This document shows positions 1-11,434 of a stretch of DNA of 64,000 bases, in pieces. Source of the stretch: an uncultured Christensenella sp. Its GTDB lineage: Bacteria; Bacillota; Clostridia; Christensenellales; UBA3700. The translations under genes were made by a program, and so were the position numbers. The stretch spans positions 93,366 through 157,365 of the forward strand of contig CAJTYW010000001.1 of the NCBI GenBank assembly GCA_910583995.1. Direction: 5' to 3'. The notes beneath the pieces are model-generated. The model had not been told where the DNA came from, made no database searches, and saw nothing but the letters and a program-made list of their open reading frames with translations. How positions within the stretch are numbered: position 1 is the first letter of the stretch; the number at the start of each line of letters is the position of its first letter.

Positions 1-359
1 ATTTTTATCAATGGGCAATTGTTTTAAAGGACATAAATGAACCTATTGGTACAATTAGTGGGTTTGATTTGTGCAATAAGACAAGTAAAGTACATATAGG
101 TTATTGTATTGGTTCTAAATGGTGGAATCAAGGTATAATGAGTGAAGCTTTGGCAGCTGTAATGAAATTCTTTTTTGAAGAAGTAAAAGTTAATAAAATA
201 GAGTCAATGCACGACCCAAACAATCCAAATTCGGGCAGAGTTATGAAAAAGTGCGGAATGCTATATGCAGGAACTTTAAGACAAGCAGATTATAGTAATA
301 AAGGAATAGTGGATGCTTGTATTTATGGACTGCTTGCACGAGATTATTTTAAAAATTAA
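1..359 (+). CDS. GNAT-family N-acetyltransferase (RimJ/RimL-like), 5' end cut by window edge
   Basis: Frame 3 is open from base 3 (FYQWAIVLKDINEPIGTISGF...IGYCIGSKWWNQGIMSEA...), typical GNAT core pattern. The listed start at 69 is only an internal TTG. Confidence 0.7.
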   Translation, partial: FYQWAIVLKDINEPIGTISGFDLCNKTSKVHIGYCIGSKWWNQGIMSEALAAVMKFFFEEVKVNKIESMHDPNNPNSGRVMKKCGMLYAGTLRQADYSNKGIVDACIYGLLARDYFKN

Positions 360-361
360 AC

Positions 362-392
362 AAAAAATCACACAATCAAGTGTGATTTTTTT
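362..392. terminator. Bidirectional intrinsic terminator between convergent genes
   Basis: A-run, stem tcacac/gtgtga with loop aatcaa, then T-run. Confidence 0.6.
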
Positions 393-472
393 CATTATTA
401 TAAAAATTTATTAGTGATTTTTTGATATGCAGTATTTTTTTTAAATTAATTTGTGCTAAATTAATCAAATGT

Positions 473-1648
473 TTAACATTCTGTATAATTTCTGTCAACA
501 TTTATCACAAGATTACAAGTTGTATCTTGTTCTTTGACTAAATCTTTCAACTTTTCTATTATATCAGCGTCCGATAACTTAAATTCCATTGGTAAAACTA
601 TATCAAAAATTAAATTGTTATTGTTTACGCCTTTAACCATTCTAAAATCGTGAATAGTGATTTTTTCGTCAATTTGTTTTGCTGTACTAGCTATCATTTG
701 CTTATATTTATTAGACTCTTCATCGTCTTTATTGATTGGGTCCATATGAATAAGTAATTGCGTGGTTTCCGTTGTAAGTTCACGCTCTATTGTATCAATT
801 AATTCGTGACTTTTGAGCATATCTTGTTTGCAATCAACTTCCACGTGAACGCTTACAAAGTATCTGTTAGGACCATAATTGTGCACAATCATATCGTGTA
901 GTCCAAGCACTCCGTCATAGTTTTGTATTGCCTTTGCAATGTCTATTACCATTTGCTTGTCTGCTTTTTCACCAAGCAATGGGTTAAAAGTGCTTATCAT
1001 AAGCTTTATGCCTTGAATAATAATAATCAATGCCACAATTATACCGAAATAGCCGTCCAAATTAACTTTTAAATAGTGAGAAATTAAAGTTGAAATCAAA
1101 ATAACACTACTTACTAAGCAGTCATTTATGCAATCTATTGCCACGCCTTTTAGGGTAGACGATTTAATTTTTTTAAACATTGCAAAATTGTATGCGAAAA
1201 GGATAATTTTAACCGCAATTGAAAAAATCAATATTCCAATCGTAATAAAACTAAAGGTCGAAGCTGTATTTTCTATAATTTTTTCAATAGAAGATTTAAC
1301 TAGTTCGATTCCAAGCATTATGATAATAAAAGATATTATCATTGCAGCAAGATATTCCGCACGAGCGTGTCCGAAAGGGTGCTTTTTGTCAGCAGGTTTA
1401 TCTGCAATTTTAAAGCTAATTAGACTAACTGCGGAAGATGCAGTGTCAGAGATATTGTTTAAACCGTCACTTGCAACTGAAATGCTACTGAAAATTAAAC
1501 CTACAACAAGTTTTGCAACACCGATAAAGCAATTTGCAATAATTCCAACAATACTTGCAATAACTCCGATAAGATTACGAAATTTTGCTTCAGTTTGCTT
1601 TTCAATAGGTTGTTTTTTAATAATTTGTTTAGCGATTATTACAGACAT
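473..1648 (-). CDS. Cation diffusion facilitator (CDF) family metal efflux transporter
   Basis: Six hydrophobic segments, HPFGHARAEY motif, C-terminal cytoplasmic domain. ATG at 1648 preferred over TTG at 1654 because AAGGAGG lies 5-6 nt upstream. Confidence 0.85.
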   Translation of the reverse strand: MSVIIAKQIIKKQPIEKQTEAKFRNLIGVIASIVGIIANCFIGVAKLVVGLIFSSISVASDGLNNISDTASSAVSLISFKIADKPADKKHPFGHARAEYLAAMIISFIIIMLGIELVKSSIEKIIENTASTFSFITIGILIFSIAVKIILFAYNFAMFKKIKSSTLKGVAIDCINDCLVSSVILISTLISHYLKVNLDGYFGIIVALIIIIQGIKLMISTFNPLLGEKADKQMVIDIAKAIQNYDGVLGLHDMIVHNYGPNRYFVSVHVEVDCKQDMLKSHELIDTIERELTTETTQLLIHMDPINKDDEESNKYKQMIASTAKQIDEKITIHDFRMVKGVNNNNLIFDIVLPMEFKLSDADIIEKLKDLVKEQDTTCNLVINVDRNYTEC

Positions 1649-1821
1649 TACCAATCCTCCTTAATAGAAAGTTTAATATCTGTGTAAAATTCCTTATATT
1701 TTTGCTTGTATGCTTCTGCATCGTCATTTATATGATACAATTCTTCTGGGTCGAAATCTGCAATATCAACACCATCATCGTCCATTTTTTCTGACAATTT
1801 CATTAAAGTATAGTTATCCAT
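1648..1821 (-). CDS. Small acidic hypothetical protein (57 aa), not in the ORF track
   Basis: ATG at 1821, stop TAA at 1650-1648 overlapping the CDF ATG (TAATG). Translation: MDNYTLMKLSEKMDDDGVDIADFDPEELYHINDDAEAYKQKYKEFYTDIKLSIKEDW. Weak RBS. Confidence 0.35.
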   Translation of the reverse strand: MDNYTLMKLSEKMDDDGVDIADFDPEELYHINDDAEAYKQKYKEFYTDIKLSIKEDW

Positions 1822-2020
1822 TTGTTCGTTACCTTAAGTTTTAAATTGTAATTATTATAGCATTTTTTGCAAATAAATACAAGTAAATTGATTAATTTGT
1901 TATATTTTGCACTTAAACGAAAGAAATTTTAACTAAATGTAGCATTTTTGTAATAATTTTAAGTAAATTTTAGTAATATTTAACTACTATATAAATATTT
2001 AAATAAAATCAAATTATCTA

Positions 2021-2049
2021 TTGCTTTTTGTGTTAAATTGTGTTACAAT
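2021..2049 (+). promoter_or_regulatory. SigmaA-type promoter for citrate synthase
   Basis: TTGCTT, 17 nt spacer, TACAAT with TG at -15/-14. About 30 nt upstream of AAGGAGAG and ATG 2080. Confidence 0.55.
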
Positions 2050-2079
2050 ATACTAGATTAATTATGCAAGGAGAGATAA

Positions 2080-3456
2080 ATGACAGATTTTAAGAGTTTT
2101 TTGGATATGGTGCAAGCTGATATTGACGATTTGGCAGTAATGGCAAAAGAAAGTACATACATTAAAAGTGAATATTATGACAAATACGATGTTAAAAGGG
2201 GCTTGCGAGATATTAACGGAAAGGGGGTTCTAACTGGATTAACTGAAATTTCCGATATTATTTCAAGTAAAACCAATGAAGAAGGTAAATCTGTTCCTTG
2301 CAAAGGTGAACTTTATTATAGAGGAATAAAAATCCAAGACATTGTAAATGGCTTTGCAGGTTCTGGTAATAGATACGGCTTTGAAGAAACAGCGTATTTG
2401 TTGCTATTTGGTAAGTTGCCTAATAATGATGAATTGAAAAAATTTATAGATATTTTAGGTGGATTTAGAAGACTTCCTAATAGTTTTGTACGCGATATTA
2501 TTATGAAAGCTCCTACCAATGATATGATGATTGCATTATCAAGGTCTGTTTTGACATTGTATTCTTATGATAGCAATCCCGACGATATTAGCATTACCAA
2601 TGTTTTAAGGCAATGTTTGCAACTTATTGCACAATTTCCATTGCTTGCTGTTTATGGTTATAATGTTTATAAGCACTATTACAATTTGGAAAGTTTACTA
2701 ATCAGAAAACCTAATCCAGATTATTCAATTGCGGAAAATTTGCTTTACATTTTAAGAGAAGATGGCAAGTTTACACCACTTGAGGCGGAATTGCTTGATA
2801 TTTGTCTTGTTTTGCACGCGGAACACGGCGGTGGTAATAACAGCTCATTTACAACGCACGTTGTAAGTTCTTCAGGTACTGATACATATAGTTCAATTGC
2901 TGCATCTTTAGGTTCATTAAAAGGACCAAGACACGGCGGTGCAAATATAAAAGTTGTTAAAATGATTGAAGATATGAAAGCAAATCTTACTGATTATTCA
3001 GACGAGACAGTTAGCAAATATCTTGAAGACTTGCTTGACAAAAAAGCATTTGATAAAAGCGGCTTGATTTATGGTATGGGACACGCTGTATATTCATTAT
3101 CTGACCCAAGAGCGGACATTTTAAAGTCATATATCAAAGCACTTGCTTGTGAAAAAAATGCTCAAAGCGAATACGCACTTTACGAAAAGATACAAAGACT
3201 TGCACCTGAAATTATCGGAAGAAAACGCTCAATTTACAAAGGTGTTAGTTGCAATATAGACTTTTATTCAGGATTTTTGTACAATATGTTAGGGCTTCCA
3301 GTAGAGTTATTTACACCTATATTTGCAATTGCAAGAGTAGTTGGTTGGTCAGCTCATAGAATAGAAGAATTGTCTAATAACGGCAAAATTATTCGTCCAG
3401 GTTACAACGCTGTTTGTGAATATAAAGAGTATGTTGCCCGCGACGATAGAAAATAG
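2080..3456 (+). CDS. Citrate synthase (citrate/2-methylcitrate synthase family)
   Basis: HAEHGGGNNS and GMGHAVY catalytic-region motifs, 458 aa, strong RBS. Confidence 0.9.
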   Translation: MTDFKSFLDMVQADIDDLAVMAKESTYIKSEYYDKYDVKRGLRDINGKGVLTGLTEISDIISSKTNEEGKSVPCKGELYYRGIKIQDIVNGFAGSGNRYGFEETAYLLLFGKLPNNDELKKFIDILGGFRRLPNSFVRDIIMKAPTNDMMIALSRSVLTLYSYDSNPDDISITNVLRQCLQLIAQFPLLAVYGYNVYKHYYNLESLLIRKPNPDYSIAENLLYILREDGKFTPLEAELLDICLVLHAEHGGGNNSSFTTHVVSSSGTDTYSSIAASLGSLKGPRHGGANIKVVKMIEDMKANLTDYSDETVSKYLEDLLDKKAFDKSGLIYGMGHAVYSLSDPRADILKSYIKALACEKNAQSEYALYEKIQRLAPEIIGRKRSIYKGVSCNIDFYSGFLYNMLGLPVELFTPIFAIARVVGWSAHRIEELSNNGKIIRPGYNAVCEYKEYVARDDRK

Positions 3457-3661
3457 TCGTTAATAAGATAACAAGATGGATATTTACGGAAATACAATTT
3501 GATAATAAAATCATCTTAAAATTAATAAAAAATATAAAAAAAGCATATAAAATGCTTGCATTATTTAAAAATATATAGTATACTCACTTTTATTTTTAAA
3601 ATATTATACAAAAACAATACCGAAAGGTAAATTTATATCATAACAAAAAAAGGAAAAAACT

Positions 3662-5128
3662 ATGTCTCCCCAATGTATAGCTTATATTATTGGAATTATT
3701 GTATTGACAGCTTTATCTGCATTTTTTAGTGCAAGTGAAACTGCCTATAATAGTTTGAACAAAATCAAACTTAAAAACAGAGCAAACGAAGGCTCTAAAG
3801 GTGCAAAAAAAGCACTGCTTTTAGTAGATAACTATGACAAATTGATTACTACTATTCTTATTGGTAACAATATTGTCAATATTGCAGCTGCAACTATTGC
3901 GACTTTGCTTTTTACTGAAATAATCAAGTCAAATGCTGATTTAGCAGCTACAGTTTCTACTATAGTTGTAACTGTTATCACATTGATATTTGGTGAAATT
4001 ACTCCAAAAAGCATTGCAAAAGAGTTTGCTGAAAGTTTTGCAGCAAGAGTTGCAACCATTTTGCAAATTTTGTGCTTGATTTTTACTCCGTTTACTTGGT
4101 TATTCTCTTTATGGCAAAAGTTAATGATTAAGATTTTTAAACCAAATGCCAATGCGGGAATGAGTGAGGCGGAATTGATTACTATGGTTGACGAAGCCAC
4201 AACAGAAGGTGGTATTGATAAAGACGAAGGTGAGTTGATTCGTAGTGCAATTGAGTTTAATGAACTTACAGTAAAAGATATTTTTACACCGCGTGTTGAT
4301 GTAATTGCAGTAGACGTTGATGCAAAAAAAGACGAACTACGTGATTTGTTTTTGGAAAATGGTTTTTCAAGATTGCCTGTTTATGAAGAAGATATTGACA
4401 ATGTTATCGGTATACTTCACGAGAAAGATTTTTACAAAAATTACTTTAAAAAAGAATTTGATATTAAAAAATATATGACACAAACAATTTGGGTTACTTT
4501 AAACTCAAATTTGTCAAGCGTTTTAAAAATGTTACAAAAATCAAAAGCTCATATGGCAGTTGTTTTGGACGAGTATGGTGGTACAGCAGGTATTGTCACA
4601 CTTGAAGACATTTTGGAAGAACTAGTTGGCGAAATTTGGGATGAACACGACGAAATTATTGAAGATATTGTCAAACTTAGTGAAAACGAATATCAAATTA
4701 CTGGTGGCTGCAATATTGAAGATATGTTTGATGCTTTAGGTCAAAAATATGATAGTGACGAACTTGAAGTTACTACCGTAAGCGGTTGGATTGTTGACCA
4801 TTTTGGTTATATTCCTAATATTGACGAGCAATTTGATTATAACAATTTGACGATTAAAGTTATCGATGCTGACCCTAAAAAAGTTGAAAAAATATATGTA
4901 AAGGAACTTGCAAAAATCGAAGAGGAAGACGATGGCACTTTCATAGATAAGTTTTTTATGAAGGATAACGACGATAAGGAAGAAGAGAATAAGAAAGCTG
5001 AAAAGTTATTCCATAAAGAAGATAAATCAATTGATAATAATGATAAAGTAGCCGAAACTACAGAAAAAGTAGTGGACGATACAAAAATTGAATTTGACGA
5101 TATTGAAATAAACAATATTGAAAAATAA
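3662..5128 (+). CDS. Hemolysin-family / CNNM-type protein (DUF21 membrane domain, CBS pair, CorC_HlyC) with acidic low-complexity tail
   Basis: N-terminal TM bundle with GEITPK motif, CBS region, LEDILEELVGEIWDEHD CorC motif. C-terminal ~90 aa is rich in E/D/K. Confidence 0.85.
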   Translation: MSPQCIAYIIGIIVLTALSAFFSASETAYNSLNKIKLKNRANEGSKGAKKALLLVDNYDKLITTILIGNNIVNIAAATIATLLFTEIIKSNADLAATVSTIVVTVITLIFGEITPKSIAKEFAESFAARVATILQILCLIFTPFTWLFSLWQKLMIKIFKPNANAGMSEAELITMVDEATTEGGIDKDEGELIRSAIEFNELTVKDIFTPRVDVIAVDVDAKKDELRDLFLENGFSRLPVYEEDIDNVIGILHEKDFYKNYFKKEFDIKKYMTQTIWVTLNSNLSSVLKMLQKSKAHMAVVLDEYGGTAGIVTLEDILEELVGEIWDEHDEIIEDIVKLSENEYQITGGCNIEDMFDALGQKYDSDELEVTTVSGWIVDHFGYIPNIDEQFDYNNLTIKVIDADPKKVEKIYVKELAKIEEEDDGTFIDKFFMKDNDDKEEENKKAEKLFHKEDKSIDNNDKVAETTEKVVDDTKIEFDDIEINNIEK

Positions 5129-5153
5129 AAATAAAATTTAAAGGAAAAAAAGT

Positions 5154-6149
5154 ATGTTAGAGCATATTTATGAGTTTGAAAAAAATTATTTAAGTCCTTA
5201 TGCTTGTCACACTGTGGACACAAAAGGTAGACAGATACCTTTGAGTCAATCTGAGTTAAGAACTGATTTTCAAAGAGACAGAGACAGAATTATTCACAGT
5301 AAAGCATTTAGAAGATTAAAGCATAAAACACAAGTGTTTTTGTCACCAAAAGGCGACCATTACAGAACGCGCCTTACTCATACCTTGGAAGTTATGCAAG
5401 TTGCTAGAACTATTGCAAGAGCTTTAAGATTGAATGAAGATTTGACAGAGGCAATAAGCTTAGGTCACGATTTAGGACATACTCCTTTTGGGCATAGTGG
5501 CGAAAATGTGCTTAACAAATTAAATCCTAATGGCTTTGAACATAACAAGCATAGCTTAAGAGTTGTAGAATTTTTAGAGAACGATGGAGAAGGTTTAAAT
5601 TTGACTTTTGAAGTACGCGATGGCATTTTGCATCACAAAAAAAGCGGTAAACCATCTACTTTGGAAGGTAAAATTGTGAGTTATGCAGACAGAATTGCAT
5701 ATATGAATCACGATATAGAAGATGCGATTCTTGGTGGAATTTTGACAGAAAAGGATATACCAAAGTACATAACAGACGTTTTGGGCGATAGTAAAGCAAA
5801 AAGAATCAATACTTTAGTTACAGATTTGGTTAATAATAGTTACAATCAAAATTTTGTTTGCTATTCTGAAAATATTGAAAAAATGGCAGACGAATTGAGA
5901 GACTTTATGTTTAAAAGTGTTTATTTTAATCCTAAAGCTAAGATTGAAGAGCAAAAAGCCAATCAAATGATTGAATTTTTGTATGACTACTATATGAAAA
6001 ATATCAATAAATTGCCTGCTTTTTATATTAGCTTGATTGAAAAATGGGGCGAAGATAATGCTGTAACAGATTATATTGCCAGTATGACAGATACATTTGC
6101 TGTAAAAGCATTTGAAGATTTGTTTGTACCTAACTGTTGGAATATTTAA
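5154..6149 (+). CDS. dgt: dGTP triphosphohydrolase-like HD-domain protein
   Basis: FQRDRDRIIHSKAFRRLKHKTQV and HD motif (GHDLGHTPFGH). Conserved position upstream of dnaG. Confidence 0.85.
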   Translation: MLEHIYEFEKNYLSPYACHTVDTKGRQIPLSQSELRTDFQRDRDRIIHSKAFRRLKHKTQVFLSPKGDHYRTRLTHTLEVMQVARTIARALRLNEDLTEAISLGHDLGHTPFGHSGENVLNKLNPNGFEHNKHSLRVVEFLENDGEGLNLTFEVRDGILHHKKSGKPSTLEGKIVSYADRIAYMNHDIEDAILGGILTEKDIPKYITDVLGDSKAKRINTLVTDLVNNSYNQNFVCYSENIEKMADELRDFMFKSVYFNPKAKIEEQKANQMIEFLYDYYMKNINKLPAFYISLIEKWGEDNAVTDYIASMTDTFAVKAFEDLFVPNCWNI

Positions 6150-6249
6150 GGTATTATAATATTTATTTTTATAAATATACAATAGATAATTGTTAGATAA
6201 TTGTTAATTTAATTAAATTTTGACAAAATATAAGTAATGGGAGTTTAGC

Positions 6250-8061
6250 TTGTATAAGGATTATTCAAGTTTTTTGCAAGAACTTAGGGATAAATCGAAT
6301 ATTATTGATGTTGCTCAAAAATATGTCGACTTAGAAAAAAAAGGTGGACGTTATTGGGCAAGGTGTCCTATTCATAATGAAAAAACTCCTTCATTTACAT
6401 TGGACGAAGTTAAAGGCACTTTTTATTGTTTTGGCTGTCACGCTTCAGGAGATGTTTTTTCTTTTATTGAACAAGTGGAACACGTTGATTTTAAAGAAGC
6501 GGTGCAAATACTTGCAAACAGAGCAGGAATGGAAGTACCATCTTTTAAAAGCGACTATAATAAAGAAAAAAGAGAAGCGGAAAGATTAAAAAAAGAAAGA
6601 TTGTATGCTTTAATGCGTGATACAGGCATTTATTATCACAACAATTTAATGGCTCAAAAAACAGGCGAAGTTGTTGATTATATTAATCACAGAAAACTTA
6701 CAAGAAACACAATAAAAACTTTTGGTATGGGCTATTCTTCAGGTTTTAGTGAGTTAATTGATTTTTTAAGAGAAAAAGGCTATACCGATAGTGAAATGCT
6801 TGAGTGTGGTGTTGCCAAAGAAAAAAATGGTAAGCTATATGATTTTGAAGCTGGAAGATTGATTGTGCCTATTTTTAACAATATGAACAATGTAGTAGCT
6901 TTTGGTGGAAGAGTTTTGGGCAGTGCCGATTTTATGAAATATAAAAACACTGAAGAAACTTTAATTTTTAAAAAGAGAAATGAACTTTTTGGCGTGCATA
7001 CACTTAAAAAAGCTAAACTTACTGAAAATTTTAACTGCGTAATTGTAGTTGAAGGATATATGGATGTGATAATGCTGCATCAAGCGGGAGTTAAAAATGT
7101 TGTTGCATCTATGGGCACAGCTCTTACAAACGAACAGGCAAGAATGCTTAAATATTATAATAACAATATATATTTGTGTTATGACGGCGATAATGCAGGA
7201 CAAAAAGCAACTTATAAAGGTATTGATATTTTAAGAGATGCAGGGCTTAATGTTAAAGTAATAACTTTGATTGAAGGACTTGACCCTGACGATATTATAA
7301 AACAATATGGTGTAAGTAAATTTAGGGAGTTGGTGGAACAAGCGATTTCACCAAGTGAATATAAAATTCGTGCAGTGGCAAAGCAGTTTGATTTAAGCAC
7401 TCCTGAAGGGCAAGGTAAGTTTGCGGTAAAAGCACTTGAAGTTTTATCTGAGCTTTCCACATTAGTGGAACGAGAGGCTTATATCCCTTTAATTGCAGAG
7501 TTAAGTAGTTTATCGGAAAATAGTCTTTCTAAACAGCTTAATAAAATGGAAGACAATGCAGGCGGATATAAAGAAACTCAAGAGATTGTTGCCGATAAAA
7601 ATGAAGGCAAATTTAATTTAAAGCCTAGTTACAATAAATATTTTAAAGCGGCAAGGTTTTTGTTGTATTCTATATTTAAATATGATGCACTTGATGTTAT
7701 AAGCGAAGATATTTCACCATATTTAAAAGAAAAAGAACATATAGCAATATATGATTACGCAAGAGATTTAAAAGCACGAAATATAGCTTTGAATTTAGAT
7801 TTATTAAACGAAATCGAAGGTAACAGCGAAGCAAAAGTTATAGCAGAAAGTAAATTTGAAGAAATTCCAAATGACTGCAAAGAGCAAATGCTCAAAGATT
7901 GCTTTGTTACTTTGAAAATAGATTTTTTATCTGCAGAAAGGCAAGAACTAGAAATGCAACTGGCAGATAAAAATCAAGATAACAAAAAAATGCTTCAAAA
8001 TCAAATTTTGGATATTAATAATCGCATTTTGGGGCTAAAACGGAGGAAAAATGGAAAATAA
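6250..8061 (+). CDS. dnaG: DNA primase
   Basis: CHC2 zinc finger ([11 protein letters not shown]...CFGCHASGD), TOPRIM (VVEGYMDV...[10 protein letters not shown]). TTG start. Overlaps rpoD start. Confidence 0.95.
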   Translation: MYKDYSSFLQELRDKSNIIDVAQKYVDLEKKGGRYWARCPIHNEKTPSFTLDEVKGTFYCFGCHASGDVFSFIEQVEHVDFKEAVQILANRAGMEVPSFKSDYNKEKREAERLKKERLYALMRDTGIYYHNNLMAQKTGEVVDYINHRKLTRNTIKTFGMGYSSGFSELIDFLREKGYTDSEMLECGVAKEKNGKLYDFEAGRLIVPIFNNMNNVVAFGGRVLGSADFMKYKNTEETLIFKKRNELFGVHTLKKAKLTENFNCVIVVEGYMDVIMLHQAGVKNVVASMGTALTNEQARMLKYYNNNIYLCYDGDNAGQKATYKGIDILRDAGLNVKVITLIEGLDPDDIIKQYGVSKFRELVEQAISPSEYKIRAVAKQFDLSTPEGQGKFAVKALEVLSELSTLVEREAYIPLIAELSSLSENSLSKQLNKMEDNAGGYKETQEIVADKNEGKFNLKPSYNKYFKAARFLLYSIFKYDALDVISEDISPYLKEKEHIAIYDYARDLKARNIALNLDLLNEIEGNSEAKVIAESKFEEIPNDCKEQMLKDCFVTLKIDFLSAERQELEMQLADKNQDNKKMLQNQILDINNRILGLKRRKNGK

Positions 8062-9148
8062 AGAGAAATCAACTCGCAAAACAAAAGAAGACAAATTTAC
8101 TCAAGCATTAAATAGCTTGATTGATTTAGGTAAAAGTAAGAAAAACAAAGTTTCTAGTGACGAAGTTTTGGCAAAAGTCGAAAAATTACTTTTAGATGCC
8201 GAAGATATGGAAGAAATGTACACCAAATTGAGTGAAGCAGGCATTACTGTTGAAGAGTTAACTCTTGAAGAAAAAGTTTCTCTTGACAAGATAATGGGCG
8301 ATGGTAGTACAGATGACTCTGTTAAAATGTATCTTAAAGATATTGGTTCAGTGCCATTGCTTACAAGTGAAGAAGAAGTGGAACTTGCTAAAATGATGAC
8401 AAGTGATAACCCTAAAGATAGCGAATATGCAAAAAACAGACTTAGTGAAGCAAACCTACGACTTGTTGTAAGTATTGCAAAAAGATATGTAGGTAGGGGT
8501 ATGCAATTTCTTGATTTAATACAAGAAGGTAACTTGGGTCTATTGAAAGCAGTTGAAAAGTTTGACTATACAAGAGGCTTTAAATTTTCTACTTATGCTA
8601 CTTGGTGGATTAGACAATCAATAACAAGAGCTATTGCTGACCAAGCTAGAACTATAAGAATACCAGTGCATATGGTGGAGACAATCAACAAAACAAACCG
8701 TGTTGCTCGTACATTATTGCAAGAGTTTGGAAGAGAGCCTAGTACTGCTGAAATTGGTGAGAGAATGGGGCTTCCAGAAGAAAAAGTTGCCGAAATTTTA
8801 AAAATCGGACAAGACCCTGTTTCTTTGGAAACACCAATCGGTGAGGAAGAAGATAGCCATTTGGGTGATTTTATAGTTGATACAACTGCAACATCTCCAA
8901 GTGAATCGGCAGAGTCTAAAATGCTTAGAGAGCAATTGCTTCAAGTATTGAACACTTTGACACCACGTGAAAATGAAGTTTTAAGAAAAAGATATGGCTT
9001 AGATGACAATAGACCAAAGACTTTGGAAGAAGTTGGCCGTGAATTTAATGTTACTCGTGAGCGTATAAGACAAATTGAAGCAAAAGCTTTGAGAAAATTA
9101 AGACACCCAAGCCGTACTAAAAAACTAAAGGATTATATGAACAGATGA
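8051..9148 (+). CDS. rpoD: Primary RNA polymerase sigma factor (sigma-70/SigA)
   Basis: Regions 1.2-4 are recognisable: [75 protein letters not shown]. Confidence 0.97.
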   Translation: MENKEKSTRKTKEDKFTQALNSLIDLGKSKKNKVSSDEVLAKVEKLLLDAEDMEEMYTKLSEAGITVEELTLEEKVSLDKIMGDGSTDDSVKMYLKDIGSVPLLTSEEEVELAKMMTSDNPKDSEYAKNRLSEANLRLVVSIAKRYVGRGMQFLDLIQEGNLGLLKAVEKFDYTRGFKFSTYATWWIRQSITRAIADQARTIRIPVHMVETINKTNRVARTLLQEFGREPSTAEIGERMGLPEEKVAEILKIGQDPVSLETPIGEEEDSHLGDFIVDTTATSPSESAESKMLREQLLQVLNTLTPRENEVLRKRYGLDDNRPKTLEEVGREFNVTRERIRQIEAKALRKLRHPSRTKKLKDYMNR

Positions 9149-9774
9149 AGCTGGATAAGCGAATGAGTGCTATTTACTCAGAAATTCCTGCTTGCAAAAA
9201 TCTTGCGGATATTGGGGCTGACCACGGCTATATTAGCATTAATTATGCAATTAATAATGCAAATAGCCTTGTTGTTGCCAGTGATATTAGTGCAAAAAGT
9301 GTAGAAAAGGCGAAAATTACTGCAGCAAAATATAATCTTTCAAATTATAAAACCACTGTAGGCGACGGCCTTGAACCTATAAAAGATTTTGATATTGATG
9401 TTGTGTTAATATCAGGTATGGGCGGAGAAGAAATAATAAAGATTTTGGAAAACTCCAAAATATATTCATTATATATTTTATCTCCGCAAAAAAATGCCGA
9501 TAAAGTCAGAAAATTTTTAAGCGAAAAGGATTTATGTCCTATAAAAGACTATAAAGTTTTGTCAGAGAGCAAATTTTATGATATCATTGTATGCACAAGT
9601 GGTGTATATAAGCCTACTGAATTTGAATTGAATTTTGGAAAAGGTGAAGGTGACGATTTTAAATTGTTTTCAAGCTTAACAATTAAAAATTTAAAGGAAT
9701 TATTAGAAGTTGCAAATGATAAGGCAAAAGACGCACTTTTACATAAGTTGCAGCTATTAGAAGGTGCAAAATAA
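9145..9774 (+). CDS. trmK: tRNA (adenine22-N1)-methyltransferase
   Basis: [12 protein letters not shown]-binding motif. ATGA overlap with the rpoD stop. Conserved rpoD-trmK-nif3 order. Confidence 0.85.
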   Translation: MKLDKRMSAIYSEIPACKNLADIGADHGYISINYAINNANSLVVASDISAKSVEKAKITAAKYNLSNYKTTVGDGLEPIKDFDIDVVLISGMGGEEIIKILENSKIYSLYILSPQKNADKVRKFLSEKDLCPIKDYKVLSESKFYDIIVCTSGVYKPTEFELNFGKGEGDDFKLFSSLTIKNLKELLEVANDKAKDALLHKLQLLEGAK

Positions 9775-9847
9775 TTAAAATTTGTGTTTTGCTTTATACG
9801 ATTTTATTGTTTTAATATAATAAAATTACATATTACGGAGCGGGTAA

Positions 9848-10600
9848 ATGAGAGTTTGTGAAATTGCGGAAATTATAGAAAAAATCGCACCAGTAACACT
9901 TGCTGAAGAATGGGACAATGTAGGACTTTTAGTAGGCGATTATAGTATGCAGGTGAGTGGAATTGTAATTGCACTTGATTTAACAGATAGCGTTATAAAT
10001 GAGTGTATAGCAAAAAAATGTAATTTGATAATTACTCATCACCCTGCAATTTTTGATAAACTAGATAGTTTAGTAATAACTGATTATACAAGCAATTTGA
10101 TTATTAAATGTATACAAAATAACATTAATGTTTATTCCGCTCATACTAATATGGATATGTCTGACAAGGGTATTAACTTTGAAATGGCAAAGTTACTTGG
10201 AGTTAAACCAAATACTTTTTTAAGCGATGGTTTAGGCGTTTATGGTGAATATGATGGCAGTTTAGCCAAGTTGTTGCTAGAAATTCAAAAAATTACAAAA
10301 GAAAATGAGCCTAAAATTTATAAGTCTTTGTCTAGCAAAGATGCGGAAAAACATAAAATTGCCTATATAGGTGGCTCAGGTGGACGCATAGAAGAAATTG
10401 TATCTAAAGCAAAAGAATTGGGGATAACAACAATCATATCAAGTGAATTTAAGCATAATATTTTGCTTGAGCTAGTCGCACAAAATGTAAATATTATTCA
10501 AATAGGACATTTTGAAAGTGAGATTATTTTTGTTGATATAATTTATAATTTATTAAAGAGTAAAACCGACAACATATATAAGTATGTCGATTTTAAATAA
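9848..10600 (+). CDS. Nif3-like dinuclear metal centre protein (YqfO family)
   Basis: EEWDNVGLLVGD and ITHHP motifs. Conserved position after trmK. Confidence 0.85.
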   Translation: MRVCEIAEIIEKIAPVTLAEEWDNVGLLVGDYSMQVSGIVIALDLTDSVINECIAKKCNLIITHHPAIFDKLDSLVITDYTSNLIIKCIQNNINVYSAHTNMDMSDKGINFEMAKLLGVKPNTFLSDGLGVYGEYDGSLAKLLLEIQKITKENEPKIYKSLSSKDAEKHKIAYIGGSGGRIEEIVSKAKELGITTIISSEFKHNILLELVAQNVNIIQIGHFESEIIFVDIIYNLLKSKTDNIYKYVDFK

Positions 10601-10611
10601 GGAGGTTTTGT

Positions 10612-11319
10612 ATGAATTTACAAAAAATATTATCATATCAAGAGATTGATAAAAAAGTATATGCTTGCGAAATGGAGTTAAAGCAAAGCAAGACTGCACA
10701 AGAATATGCAAAAGCAATGACTATGTACAAAGCAAAAACTGAAGATATGATGAAAAAAATCAGGGAAGCAGATGAGATTGCTGTATTAGTTGAAAGATAT
10801 AAACAAACATATAAAAACATTTTTGAAGAAATTAATGGTTTGAGTGATGTGTTGGAATCTTTTGAAGAATTAAAAGAAATTGATAAATACGAGAAGAAAA
10901 TTGCTCAATTTCAAAAAGAATTACTTAATATTGAAAGAGAACTTACAAGACTTTCAAAAAAAATGGACGAGTGCATTGAGATAAGTAAAAAGTCTTTGGA
11001 GCAACTAAAACAACTTGAAGAAATAATTATGCGTAGTAAATTTATTATGCAAAAAATGAAAGCAGAAGTTGAAGAAAAAGCAAAAACACATCTATTAGAA
11101 CTTAAAAAATTACAAGCTGAGCTACCACCTAATTTGATAGCTAAATACAACGAGATAAGGAAAAACAAAAAGATGCCAGTTTTAGTTCCTGCATCAGAAA
11201 ATTATAAGGCTTGTTTGGGTTGTGGAATGGATATTTCAAGTGACCTTTCTATTAAGCTACAAGGCGGACAAATTGTAGAGTGTCCTAACTGCGGAAGATT
11301 GATTTATAACGAAAAATAA
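10612..11319 (+). CDS. Coiled-coil / C4 zinc-ribbon protein (DUF164 type)
   Basis: Long coiled coil, then C-x2-C...C-P-x-C-G-R ribbon at the C terminus. Usual partner downstream of nif3. Confidence 0.8.
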   Translation: MNLQKILSYQEIDKKVYACEMELKQSKTAQEYAKAMTMYKAKTEDMMKKIREADEIAVLVERYKQTYKNIFEEINGLSDVLESFEELKEIDKYEKKIAQFQKELLNIERELTRLSKKMDECIEISKKSLEQLKQLEEIIMRSKFIMQKMKAEVEEKAKTHLLELKKLQAELPPNLIAKYNEIRKNKKMPVLVPASENYKACLGCGMDISSDLSIKLQGGQIVECPNCGRLIYNEK

Positions 11320-11434
11320 TTAATTAAGGTACGATTTTCGTAAGGTTTTTTGTGATTTTACAATTACAATTTAAAATAAACAAAATCGTATTCAAAGTGA
11401 AAAATTATAAATAGTTTGATACAAAATTAATAAT

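Noticed and set aside
1128-1664. Antisense or alternative-frame ORFs inside long genes. Examples: 1128-1664, 3832-4200, 4837-5223, 5814-6182, 13764-14045, 15476-15928, 20258-20614, 22124-22468, 30159-30461, 35428-39543 (several), 40755-41207, 46299-49951 (several), 61646-61966, 62648-62971.
   Set aside because: Each lies entirely within or opposite a gene with clear family motifs. They lack ribosome-binding sites. Their low-complexity S/F/I/L-rich translations are typical of antisense reading of AT-rich coding DNA.
11325-11335. Shared 11-mer ttaaggtacga downstream of two unrelated genes (11325-11335 and 55037-55047) as a dispersed repeat.
   Set aside because: There are only two short copies, with no extended similarity. 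Both sit in terminator-like contexts, so this is probably coincidence.
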